From Candidatus Krumholzibacteriia bacterium (lineage in GTDB: Bacteria; Krumholzibacteriota; Krumholzibacteriia; WVZY01): DNA of 25,269 nt. Shown here in pieces: positions 17,489 to 25,269 of the stretch. Both the position numbers and the translations under genes were made by a program. The notes beneath the pieces were generated by a model. That model had not been told where the DNA came from, searched no databases, and worked only from the letters and a program-made list of their open reading frames with translations. The stretch lies in the NCBI GenBank assembly GCA_036478295.1, contig JAZGDW010000159.1, positions 1 through 25,269 on the forward strand, read 5' to 3'. Numbering within the stretch: position 1 is the first letter of the stretch; every line of letters begins with the position of its first letter.

Positions 17489-17601
17489 GACTGTTCCTTC
17501 TGTCCGGGGGATTCTGGTTGGATTATGACTGCTCCGGTCCAATTGGCAAGCGAAACCTGGAGCTGCCGGCCGGGCCGGACCGGCTGCCCGTCTCACGTGA
17601 A

Positions 17602-17630
17602 AACTTACGCAAACGCGGGTGAAAAGTCAA
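17602..17630 (-). promoter_or_regulatory. Sigma70-type promoter for nadA
   Basis: Minus strand TTGACT-17-TAAGTT. Confidence 0.6.
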
Positions 17631-17664
17631 CCGTGGGGGTTCGGGGGAGAACGCACAATGGGAG

Positions 17665-17707
17665 ATGCCGCTAGCGTCGGGCGCGTGCCGCCAGCCGCCA
17701 GCGGCAT
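17665..17707 (-). terminator. Hairpin downstream of the ECF/DUF4252 operon
   Basis: ATGCCGCTAGCG...CGCCAGCGGCAT, 12-bp stem with one G-U on the minus strand; poor U-tract. Confidence 0.4.
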
Positions 17708-17751
17708 ATCAACCGCGAGACGTGGTGAGATCTGTGGCGCGCGACGCCCGG

Positions 17752-18312
17752 TCAAGTGTCCACGTGAAACTCGATCCCGTCATCGTTCGTTATGTCCACG
17801 TGGTTCTGGACGACCTTCGCCAAGAGTCGATCGATCCGGCCTTCGACCCGCACCATGATCAACTCGTCACGGCTCAGGACCACGACATATATTTCCCTCA
17901 CCACGTCGTTCTTTTCTTTGTACAACACCCACACCCGCTCGCTATGTTCGTTTATCTTCGCCGCCAGCTCCCAGTCGCGTTTCTCGAGCAGCTTCTGCAG
18001 CTGGATGGGAACCGCCACTTTTGACTGTCGGGGAAGGTCGTCCACCTTGTACACGGCGAGCTTCACGCGGCGGATCTCTTTGAGGTACGTGCTGGCCTCA
18101 CGGGCGTCGGGAACAAACCGGGTGACGCTCCTCGCAAGTCCCAGCGACAAGGGGCCGAGCGTGATGGCGAATTCCTTCTTGAAGTGAACGCCGGGCAGCT
18201 GTCCCTGGAGATCGCGCCGGACGCGATCGAGCTCCGGCGCCCACAGGCATCCGGAGCTCATGCTGACGAGGATGATGACGCCGACGATCCATGTCATTCG
18301 ATTTTTGTTCAT
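17752..18312 (-). CDS. DUF4252-family lipoprotein
   Basis: GGAGG RBS; lipobox-like SSGC; LKEIRRVKLAVY, WELAAKINE..ERVWVL, LIMVRVEGRI parallel the neighbouring paralog. Confidence 0.7.
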   Translation of the reverse strand: MNKNRMTWIVGVIILVSMSSGCLWAPELDRVRRDLQGQLPGVHFKKEFAITLGPLSLGLARSVTRFVPDAREASTYLKEIRRVKLAVYKVDDLPRQSKVAVPIQLQKLLEKRDWELAAKINEHSERVWVLYKEKNDVVREIYVVVLSRDELIMVRVEGRIDRLLAKVVQNHVDITNDDGIEFHVDT

Positions 18313-18339
18313 CGTACGCCTCCAATCAAATCGCCGGGG

Positions 18340-18966
18340 TCATCGATCGTCACGGTCACGTTCGCGCTTGCTGCGGCGTTTGTCACGGTACTTCGATTTC
18401 CAGTCGACGTCATCGAGTGCATCGATGTGCAGCCCGTGTCCAAGGCGGCCGATTTGCGTCGGGTCGATGGTGCCGACGATGTTGACGAATACCGCTTCAT
18501 CATCGTCGTCGACCACCATGACGACCAGGCCGTCGATGTTATTGCCCTTGCCGGGCAGTATGTAGATGTGCACGTGCTCATCCCGTTCGCGCACGCGGAC
18601 AGCCATTTCCCAACCCATTTTCTCGAGTTCCTTGGACAACCTGTCGCTCTTCTCGATGAGGTCCCGTCCGAGGTCGCCCACGAGATCGAAGACGTGGACC
18701 CGGACCAGCTTGAGTCCCGCCAACATCTCGGCCACCTCGGGGTCGTCGTGCCGCACCGCTTCGACGGCCATCGACAGCAATGGACCCTTTAGAAAGACTT
18801 CGACGGTCGATTCCAGATCGCCGAATATATTCATGCCTTCGAAATCAACGTAGCCGGGCAGTTTCTTGTAATCGTCCTTCGGGGCCGCCGCGGCGTCCGG
18901 CGCGACGAGCGCCAGCATGGCCAGCGACAGGACCGCGCAGGTGATTACACCTCTGAACGTTTTCAT
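18340..18966 (-). CDS. DUF4252-family secreted protein
   Basis: AGGAGG RBS; signal peptide; PGYVDF, VEVFLKGPLL, GWEMAVRVRE, GLVVM, FVNIVGTID. Confidence 0.8.
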   Translation of the reverse strand: MKTFRGVITCAVLSLAMLALVAPDAAAAPKDDYKKLPGYVDFEGMNIFGDLESTVEVFLKGPLLSMAVEAVRHDDPEVAEMLAGLKLVRVHVFDLVGDLGRDLIEKSDRLSKELEKMGWEMAVRVRERDEHVHIYILPGKGNNIDGLVVMVVDDDDEAVFVNIVGTIDPTQIGRLGHGLHIDALDDVDWKSKYRDKRRSKRERDRDDR

Positions 18967-19568
18967 ACGGAACCTCCTCCTGGTGGGGTCTTGGGTGATT
19001 GTTGGTTTCTTGGTGACTGACGGTTCGCCGGTGACTCCGTCTCGAAGGCGGCATCGACGGCGCGCCGCACGGGTTGCAGCATCCCGGTATCGAACGCCTG
19101 GGTGGCGGCGGTCATGGCCGATTGCCGGCTGATGTCCCCGAGGTATGCGATCGTCCATATGAGCTCTGCTTCGGCTTCCGCGACCTCCGCCGGGGTGATC
19201 TCCTGCGGCCGCGTCCGGTCAAGGACCCAGAGCGCCGATACGACGACAAGCAGGACGAACACACCCGCCAGCGCCGGCCGAAGGACGCCGAACCAGTCGG
19301 CGAACCGGTTACGCCCGGCTGCGCGCGGTCGCTCCTCGAGCCCGGCCATGACGCCGTCGACCACCCTGTCCGGGCAGTACAGTTCCGGTAGCGCGTGGAG
19401 CTCTTGCAGAACTCTCTTCGCGCGGTCGAGCTCGCGGCGGCACTCCGCGCACACATCGACATGACTGTGGAATGTCGTTAGCGCGTCCGCGCCAAGCTCC
19501 TCGTCGAGAAAGCTCTCGATTCTCTCGCGTACCCACAGGCAATTTGGATTTTTTTCAAAACGATTCAT
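18963..19568 (-). CDS. Zinc-binding (zf-HC2/ZAS) membrane-anchored anti-sigma factor
   Basis: C..VRERIESFLDEEL..HVDVCAEC (HxxxCxxC); single TM; overlaps the sigma gene. Confidence 0.88.
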   Translation of the reverse strand: MNRFEKNPNCLWVRERIESFLDEELGADALTTFHSHVDVCAECRRELDRAKRVLQELHALPELYCPDRVVDGVMAGLEERPRAAGRNRFADWFGVLRPALAGVFVLLVVVSALWVLDRTRPQEITPAEVAEAEAELIWTIAYLGDISRQSAMTAATQAFDTGMLQPVRRAVDAAFETESPANRQSPRNQQSPKTPPGGGSV

Positions 19569-20079
19569 GATCGAGTGTCCCGGTTAGTTTTTCGCGCAGC
19601 ATTCTCCTGCCCCTGTGAAGATAGGATTTCACCGTGTTCAGGGGCAGCTCCAGGTTCTTGCTGATTTCTTCGTATTTCATATCCTGTATTTCCCGCAAGA
19701 TGACGATCGACCGATACGGCTCCTGCAACGATGCCAGCGCGCCCTGGATGGTCTCGCGAAGCTCTGATGCTTCCACCGTGGCGTCAGGACCAGGTTCAAT
19801 CGATATGCCTTGTAACATCTCTTCTCCGTCTCCGGTGGCGACTACCCGCGTCCGGTAGGCCCGGCGCCTGCGCACCGCGTCGATACAGGCGTTACGGGTT
19901 ACCCGGTTGATCCACGCCGGGAGGGTGGCTTCGTTCAGTTCCTCCCAGTTTTTCCACATGCGCACCAGCACTTCCTGTGTGACGTCTTCGGCCTCTTCCC
20001 GGTTGCGCAGGCTGTAGTAAGCGAAGGTGTAGACGCGATGCCTGTGCTGATCGGCCACACTCCTGAATTTTTTTGTCAT
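19555..20079 (-). CDS. ECF RNA polymerase sigma factor
   Basis: EAEDVTQEV, WINRVTRNACID, ILREIQDMKYEEIS..LPLNTVKSYLHRGR. Confidence 0.92.
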   Translation of the reverse strand: MTKKFRSVADQHRHRVYTFAYYSLRNREEAEDVTQEVLVRMWKNWEELNEATLPAWINRVTRNACIDAVRRRRAYRTRVVATGDGEEMLQGISIEPGPDATVEASELRETIQGALASLQEPYRSIVILREIQDMKYEEISKNLELPLNTVKSYLHRGRRMLREKLTGTLDHESF

Positions 20080-20090
20080 GACTAACCGTA

Positions 20091-20119
20091 AAGACGCATG
20101 TAGGGCGCAAAAGGTTACA
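20091..20119 (-). promoter_or_regulatory. Putative autoregulatory ECF promoter
   Basis: Minus strand TGTAACC-16-CGTCTT, 11 nt before ATG 20079; fits AAC(-35)/CGT(-10) ECF pattern. Confidence 0.65.
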
Positions 20120-20127
20120 CAAGCCGG

Positions 20128-20169
20128 TTGACAAATTGAGAGGTCTGGGCTATCGTTAACCATGGTTAA
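20128..20169 (+). promoter_or_regulatory. Sigma70 promoter with perfect palindromic operator TTAACCATGGTTAA
   Basis: TTGACA(20128)-17-TATCGT(20151-20156); palindrome 20156-20169. Confidence 0.78.
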
Positions 20170-20179
20170 TTAATTTTTA

Positions 20180-20209
20180 TAAGGTGGGTAAATTAAGGTG
20201 GGTAAATTA
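20180..20209 (+). repeat. Exact 14-bp tandem duplication TAAGGTGGGTAAAT x2
   Basis: 20180-20193 and 20194-20207, plus TA. Confidence 0.9.
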
Positions 20210-20229
20210 TTGCCATCGGGGAGGTGCCC

Positions 20230-20367
20230 GTGATCCGGTCCGCAGTACAAGATTACGAGACCGTCGAGGCGCTGGTTGAGCCGATGTCGGGCCCGACGAT
20301 CGATCCCCAGGGGAAACCCATTCCCCGGGGGCAGGACGATTTCCACGAAGAAGAGGAGGAGACATGA
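20230..20367 (+). pseudogene. 45-aa internally deleted DtxR/MntR-like ORF (remnant or mini-protein)
   Basis: GGAGGT RBS, GTG start; MIRSAVQDY-ETVEALVEPMSGPTIDPQGKPIPRGQDDFHEEEEET*; ends match MVGSSVQDY and PTHDPHGAPIP of the 7086 regulator; TGA overlaps ATG 20364. Confidence 0.75.
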
Positions 20368-21188
20368 AACGCTACCGGTCCGTCGGTTCTCTTATAACGT
20401 GTGTGTTGGTGATGCTCGCTGTGAGCGATGCGCGTTCGCAAACGGACGAGCCGCTCATAACCGATCGCCCCGACATCACCGAATCCAGTACAGTCGTAGG
20501 CGCGGGAAGATTTCAGGTCGAGACATCCGTGCAGCTGCAGAGATTCGAGGAGGGACCCTTCGAAGCGACGATCTGGTCGACGCCGACACTGCTTCGCATC
20601 GGTGTCACCGGTAAGTTGGAGTTGCGTCTGGCAACTGATGCATTTTCTACCGTTAACACAGAGGTCGCGGGTGCCGCCGATGACCGTTCGTCGGGTTACT
20701 CCCCGATCGCTCTCGGGCTCAAGTATCACCTGCTGGAAGCCGGGGCTGCGGCGAGACCGTCCGTCGGCGTGCTGGCGCAGGTGGAGGTGCCCTCCGGTTC
20801 CGGTGCATTCAGGACAGACGATGCGGCAGGCGCTCTCTTGCTGGCGGCGGACTGGGACCTGACAAACTCGCTGTCGCTCGGGCTGAACAGCGGGGTGGAT
20901 ATATTCGAGGTGCCGGGTGGCGACACAAAAACAGGCGGCCTTTTCTCGGCGGCCTTGGGTTATGGTCTCACAGAGGAAACGGGGAGCTTCCTGGAAATAG
21001 CGATCGCAGGGATGGGCCTTAGCTCGGACATGAGGAGTGTCATCCTCGATGGCGGGATCACCCATCTCTTCGGTCCGGGCGCTCAGATAGACGTCGCCGT
21101 CGGCGGCGGCATCACGGAGCAGACCGAGCCCGACTTGTTTGTTACGGTTGGCTTCAGTCTCAGGGCCTCTTACCGGCCGAAAGGATAG
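20364..21188 (+). CDS. Outer-membrane beta-barrel 'transporter' (MetA-pathway of phenol degradation-like family)
   Basis: Signal peptide; ITDRPDITESSTVVGAGRFQVE family motif; alternating beta strands ending FVTVGFSLR. Confidence 0.78.
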   Translation: MKRYRSVGSLITCVLVMLAVSDARSQTDEPLITDRPDITESSTVVGAGRFQVETSVQLQRFEEGPFEATIWSTPTLLRIGVTGKLELRLATDAFSTVNTEVAGAADDRSSGYSPIALGLKYHLLEAGAAARPSVGVLAQVEVPSGSGAFRTDDAAGALLLAADWDLTNSLSLGLNSGVDIFEVPGGDTKTGGLFSAALGYGLTEETGSFLEIAIAGMGLSSDMRSVILDGGITHLFGPGAQIDVAVGGGITEQTEPDLFVTVGFSLRASYRPKG

Positions 21189-21193
21189 TTACG

Positions 21194-21937
21194 TTGTCAC
21201 AGACTTGTAAGCGCTCCGCCGCTTCCCGGCTCACCCGTGGAATCCTCACGGTCCTCATTGCCGCCGGGCTTTTTTTGTACGCCCCGTCACAGAGCGCAGG
21301 GGAAGAGGGCGACGTCGTATTGAATGCGGCATTCGTCTGCGTGGATAAGGTATTCAATTCGGAGCTGATGGCGCCGTACGATATCTTGCAGCATACGCTC
21401 TATCGCGATCCCAAGAACTACGTGCGCTGCTTCATCGTCACTCCCGACGGCAAACCCTTCGTCTCCTTCGAGGGCATACGCATTACGCCGGATTATTCGT
21501 TCGAGAATTGTCCCGCCGTGGACATCCTGGTGGTCCCGAGCACCGGCACCAGCATGAAGGAAGATCTGGAGAACAAGGTTTTGATCTCGTGGCTGGGCCG
21601 AACCGTTCGAACTGCGACGCACGTCATTTCGGTTTGCGACGGTGCCTTTCCGCTGGCGGCCACCGGTGCGCTTGACGGCCGCGCGGCGACGACCTTTCCA
21701 TCCGACCGCGACAAGTTGCAAGAGATGTTCCCCGAGGTCGACGTGCGCCGTGACGTGAATTTCGTCGTCGACGGCAAGTTCATCACGTCGGTGGGCGGAG
21801 CGCTTAGCTACGAGCCGGCGCTATACCTCGTTGAGAAGTTATACTCGAAAGAAAACGCCCGCCGCGTGGCGAAAGGGTTGGTGCTCGACTGGGAACTGGA
21901 CAAGATACCGCACATGATAGTCCGCGCGGATGAATGA
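21194..21937 (+). CDS. DJ-1/PfpI-family protein with N-terminal signal peptide
   Basis: DILVVP, SVCDGAFPLAATGALDGRAATT nucleophile elbow, VVDGKFITSVG; TTG start after AAGGA. Confidence 0.85.
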   Translation: MSQTCKRSAASRLTRGILTVLIAAGLFLYAPSQSAGEEGDVVLNAAFVCVDKVFNSELMAPYDILQHTLYRDPKNYVRCFIVTPDGKPFVSFEGIRITPDYSFENCPAVDILVVPSTGTSMKEDLENKVLISWLGRTVRTATHVISVCDGAFPLAATGALDGRAATTFPSDRDKLQEMFPEVDVRRDVNFVVDGKFITSVGGALSYEPALYLVEKLYSKENARRVAKGLVLDWELDKIPHMIVRADE

Positions 21938-22130
21938 CGGACGCGCGCGACACGGCGCGCGCGCTGACCTGGTGGCCCAGGCACTGGGCCAAAACGTCAC
22001 CGGCGTGAACTTGACGATTATCGTCTAAGTCTTGAGGGTTCATCCCTTTAGGGATGACGAACTGCCCGCTCGGTGGAGGGGTTCTTTTAGAGGTTTTGTA
22101 AGAAATCGCCATGCAACTCCCCCGGACACC

Positions 22131-22159
22131 TAGACACCCGCAAAGGCCCCCCGTATAAT
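22131..22159 (+). promoter_or_regulatory. Sigma70 promoter for the kinase gene
   Basis: TAGACA-17-TATAAT. Confidence 0.65.
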
Positions 22160-22211
22160 CGGGCATAGCATACCGCGACCCAGAGCGTGGGTTCCGGAAG
22201 GCGCTTTGCCC

Positions 22212-25200
22212 ATGATCGGTCAAACCATTTCTCATTACAAGATCCTCGAGAAGCTCGGCGAGGGTGGCATGGGTGTCGTCTACAAGGCCGAGGACACCAA
22301 ACTCAAACGCGCCGTCGCCTTGAAATTCCTCTCTCCACAAGCTGTAGGCGGTCAGGAGGAAAAGAAGCGTTTCGTACGTGAAGCGCAGGCCGCGGCAGCC
22401 TTGCACCATCCCAACATTTGTACCGTCCACGAAATTGATGAGGTTGAAGGCCAAACCTTTATTGCCATGGCCTATCTCGATGGACAAAGCCTGAAGGAAA
22501 AACTTGAGGCCAGGCCGCTGAAATTCGATGAGGCTGTGGACTTCGCCATGCAAGTAGCTGACGGGTTACAGGAGGCCCACGAGAGTGGAGTCGTCCATCG
22601 GGACATCAAAAGCTCAAACGTCATGGTGACGACCAAGGGTCAGGCCATCCTCATGGATTTTGGTTTGGCCAGGCAGGCCGAGAAAACCATGATTACCAAA
22701 GAGGGCGCCTCTATGGGCACGGTAGCCTACATGTCGCCGGAGCAGGCGGATGGCGTAGAAGTAGACCACCGCACTGATATCTGGTCCTTTGGCGTGATGC
22801 TGTACGAAATGGTCACCGGACAACTCCCTTTCAAAGGCGATTACGACGAGGCGGTCATCTATTCCATAAAGAGCGAAGACCCCGACCCGATGACCGCGTT
22901 GCGCACCGGTGTACCCATGGAACTGGAGCGCATCACGAGCAAAGCCATGGCCAAAAACTCCGCAGAACGCTACCAAAATGTAAACGACATGCTGATTGAC
23001 TTACGATCCGTTGCGAGGGAACTCGAATCCGGGACAACCAAAGCCAGATTAACCACAACAGCAAGACTGGAGAAAGAGGCAAGTGGCTCATTTTTTGAGA
23101 ATCTTTTCCAAAGACGTATTCCGCAGATTTTAGCGCTCTATTTCGCCGCGAGTTTTGGCATCTTCCAATTTGTGGAGTGGTTGGTGCGTCATTATCCGAT
23201 ATCACCGCATTTGGGACAGTTTAGTTTTGTGGCTTTGGTGTCGATGCTTCCCACCGTTTATCTGCTGGCCTACTTCCACGGAAGGCCAGGTCGTGATCGC
23301 TGGCCACGCTTTGAGAAAATCGGCATTCCAATCAATGTGCTGGCTTCAGCTGCCCTGCTTTTCGTCCTGTTTCAAAATAAAGACCTGGGGGCTGCGACAG
23401 AGACCATTTCCTTCAAGGACGAAGCAGGGAAAACGGTTGAGCGCATGATACCCAAAAGTGAGTTTCGTCATAGGATCACCATCTTTGCCTTTGAGAATGA
23501 GTCAGGCGATTCCACCCTGAACTGGTTGCAATATGGCTTAATGACTTTGCTTGATTTTGATCTGGATCAAGTCTTGTACCTTGATAATTGGCGATGGCGA
23601 GGTCTATTTACATTCAAACAAGCGGGTTTTGAAGACGCTGTTGGAGCGCCTTTGACTTTAAAGAGGAAAATTGCAATAGACGGTCATTATAGATATTTCG
23701 TCACCGGGTCGTTTACCAAGCAAAACGATATACTTTCCATTAGAACAACAGTGTATGAAACCCAACGCGGCAAACCCATCGCCGAAAACTCGCTTGCAGG
23801 ATCAGACATCTTTCAATTAGCTGATTCCATGTCAGTACAATTGACGCGAGACCTAAAAATCCCGTCTTATTACTTAGAAAAGACTGAGGATCTGCCCGTG
23901 TCAGAGTTGTTGACCACTTCGATACCTGCGTTGAAGAGCCTCATGAATGGTGTCTATGAGTCTGCCATCCATAATGAATACCAAGCCGCGGCAGAACATT
24001 ATGAAAACGCTCTGAAAGAGGATCCGAGTTTTGCTTATGTTCATTATAATTTATATTTACTTTTCACAGAATTAAACCAACGTGATCAGGCCGAGAACGC
24101 CATTCGTGCAGCCATGCAGTATAGATACAGACTTCCGGAGCTGTATCAATTCAATGTCAAGAACAAGTACTACGAAATGCAAGGAGAGTGGCAGAACGCC
24201 TTCGAAAATGCCAAGCACTGGGTCGAGCTATATCCGAACCGCACACAAGGTCACTATACGCTTGCTTCTCATTACCAGGGGCGCATGAATCAACCGGATA
24301 TGGCCATTGCAGAATATAAGCGCATTTTGGAGATTGAACCTGTGAGCCATTGGAATCTCCGGAGCATCGGAGATCTCTTCAGTAATAAAGGTGAGTATGA
24401 TGAGGCGTTGAAATATTATGAACACTACGCCAATCTATATCCAAACGAGTCCGGATCATTTACAGAGATAGGCGGCTTATATACGACGATGGGCGATCAT
24501 GAACAGGCGAAATTGTATTTTAGGAAAGCATTTCTCATTGAACCAGAGAACAGTTGGATTGTGACAGCGTTAGCAAATACGGAAAGGCACCTGGGCAATT
24601 TTGAGCAAGCCCTACAACAATACGGGAATGCGCTTGATGTTGCTAAAACTCCTCAAGAGCGCAGATCAGTTTATGAGTCATTATCGAATTATTATAGATT
24701 CAGGGGTCAAATGGGCAAGGCCATTGAATATTGGGACTTGACCGTTGCTGAAATGCAAAAGTTTGCCTCTCCATTGGATATATTGATGGAGGGAAACATC
24801 GGTTACATAGAACGCTACGTACTGGCCGGCAAGGAAGACATGGCTCTGAAGATTGTGAAAGAGTTTGAAGCACAGGCGCACCAGCTCGGCCCGCCCCTCA
24901 ATCAGATGTCTTTCTTGTTTGATCTCATTTTCAACTTTAACGTAGAAGACCCTGAAACGGGTGCTATGCTGGAGGAAGAGCTTGGGAAATTTGAAGCGTT
25001 TATACAAACTCACAATTGGGAGGAATGGCGGGTATTTCTCTGGTGGGGCCGTGCAAAGCTCGATTATTACAGAGAAGAATACTCTCAGGCCATTGCAGGC
25101 TTTCAAAAAGCAGCGGAGATGATACCAGGACGGGGAGAAAAGGTGCTCCTATTCAGTCGTATTGGTCGGTGCTATAGGAAGCTCAAGGAGTTTGAAGAAG

Positions 25201-25269
25201 CAAAAGAAACATTGCAAAAGGCTCTAAAGCTAGAGCCTTTTAGTCCACAAGCCCATTACGAGCTCGCGC
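22212..25269 (+). CDS. Hanks-type Ser/Thr kinase with 3 TM helices, TolB-N/FlgO-like domain and TPR repeats (3' truncated; absent from ORF track)
   Basis: Hand translation is open to the window end: LGEGGMGVVY, VALK, HRDIKSSN, DFGLA, YMSPEQ, DIWSFG; three hydrophobic helices ~23115-23375; IFAFENESGDSTLNWL; many TPRs. Confidence 0.92.
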   Translation, partial: MIGQTISHYKILEKLGEGGMGVVYKAEDTKLKRAVALKFLSPQAVGGQEEKKRFVREAQAAAALHHPNICTVHEIDEVEGQTFIAMAYLDGQSLKEKLEARPLKFDEAVDFAMQVADGLQEAHESGVVHRDIKSSNVMVTTKGQAILMDFGLARQAEKTMITKEGASMGTVAYMSPEQADGVEVDHRTDIWSFGVMLYEMVTGQLPFKGDYDEAVIYSIKSEDPDPMTALRTGVPMELERITSKAMAKNSAERYQNVNDMLIDLRSVARELESGTTKARLTTTARLEKEASGSFFENLFQRRIPQILALYFAASFGIFQFVEWLVRHYPISPHLGQFSFVALVSMLPTVYLLAYFHGRPGRDRWPRFEKIGIPINVLASAALLFVLFQNKDLGAATETISFKDEAGKTVERMIPKSEFRHRITIFAFENESGDSTLNWLQYGLMTLLDFDLDQVLYLDNWRWRGLFTFKQAGFEDAVGAPLTLKRKIAIDGHYRYFVTGSFTKQNDILSIRTTVYETQRGKPIAENSLAGSDIFQLADSMSVQLTRDLKIPSYYLEKTEDLPVSELLTTSIPALKSLMNGVYESAIHNEYQAAAEHYENALKEDPSFAYVHYNLYLLFTELNQRDQAENAIRAAMQYRYRLPELYQFNVKNKYYEMQGEWQNAFENAKHWVELYPNRTQGHYTLASHYQGRMNQPDMAIAEYKRILEIEPVSHWNLRSIGDLFSNKGEYDEALKYYEHYANLYPNESGSFTEIGGLYTTMGDHEQAKLYFRKAFLIEPENSWIVTALANTERHLGNFEQALQQYGNALDVAKTPQERRSVYESLSNYYRFRGQMGKAIEYWDLTVAEMQKFASPLDILMEGNIGYIERYVLAGKEDMALKIVKEFEAQAHQLGPPLNQMSFLFDLIFNFNVEDPETGAMLEEELGKFEAFIQTHNWEEWRVFLWWGRAKLDYYREEYSQAIAGFQKAAEMIPGRGEKVLLFSRIGRCYRKLKEFEEAKETLQKALKLEPFSPQAHYELA

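Noticed and set aside
17531..17563. NAD+-I riboswitch-like string AGCGAAACCTGGAGC
   Set aside because: Resemblance lies on the strand antisense to nadA and the rest of the consensus is missing.
7044..20163. ORF-track upstream starts (7044, 8695, 11530, 17596, 19158, 20163)
   Set aside because: Downstream ATGs have better RBS, gene coupling or promoter geometry.
21934..22008. 24-codon ORF overlapping the DJ-1 stop, plus nearby short hairpins
   Set aside because: No recognisable motif; hairpins lack U-tracts.
731..22553. Long antisense or alternate-frame ORFs (e.g. 731-1834, 7751-8842, 14211-15092, 16226-16996, 20253-21065, 21804-22553)
   Set aside because: Shadows of well-supported genes in GC-rich DNA, with no motifs.

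Overview
GC-rich bacterial chromosomal window. The C-terminal 'TWGAIK' and 'VASGVYF' (FlgD-like) tails suggest an FCB-superphylum lineage such as Latescibacterota/Krumholzibacteriota (inference). Order: IS3-like left end; secreted/surface protein genes (beta-helix/PKD lipoprotein, NHL propeller, Ig-domain protein) among orphan 3' gene fragments; a SAM methyltransferase; a DtxR/MntR regulator - Tat two-domain multicopper oxidase - ZIP transporter - cupredoxin operon; SnoaL-like and DoxX genes; a wHTH + nucleotidyltransferase-like pair behind three phased palindromes; a membrane/TPR protein; an IS3 remnant; mutY, nadA; an ECF sigma/anti-sigma/2x DUF4252 operon; a second locus (45-aa mini-DtxR ORF, outer-membrane beta-barrel, DJ-1/PfpI) sharing the MntR operon's promoter-operator layout; and a truncated Ser/Thr kinase-TM-TPR gene missing from the ORF track. 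Best candidates for novelty: a two-locus, probably Mn-responsive regulon with operator TTAACCATGGTTAA, and the leaderless wHTH-NTase TA-like module. All family calls are from motif recognition by eye; no searches were run.
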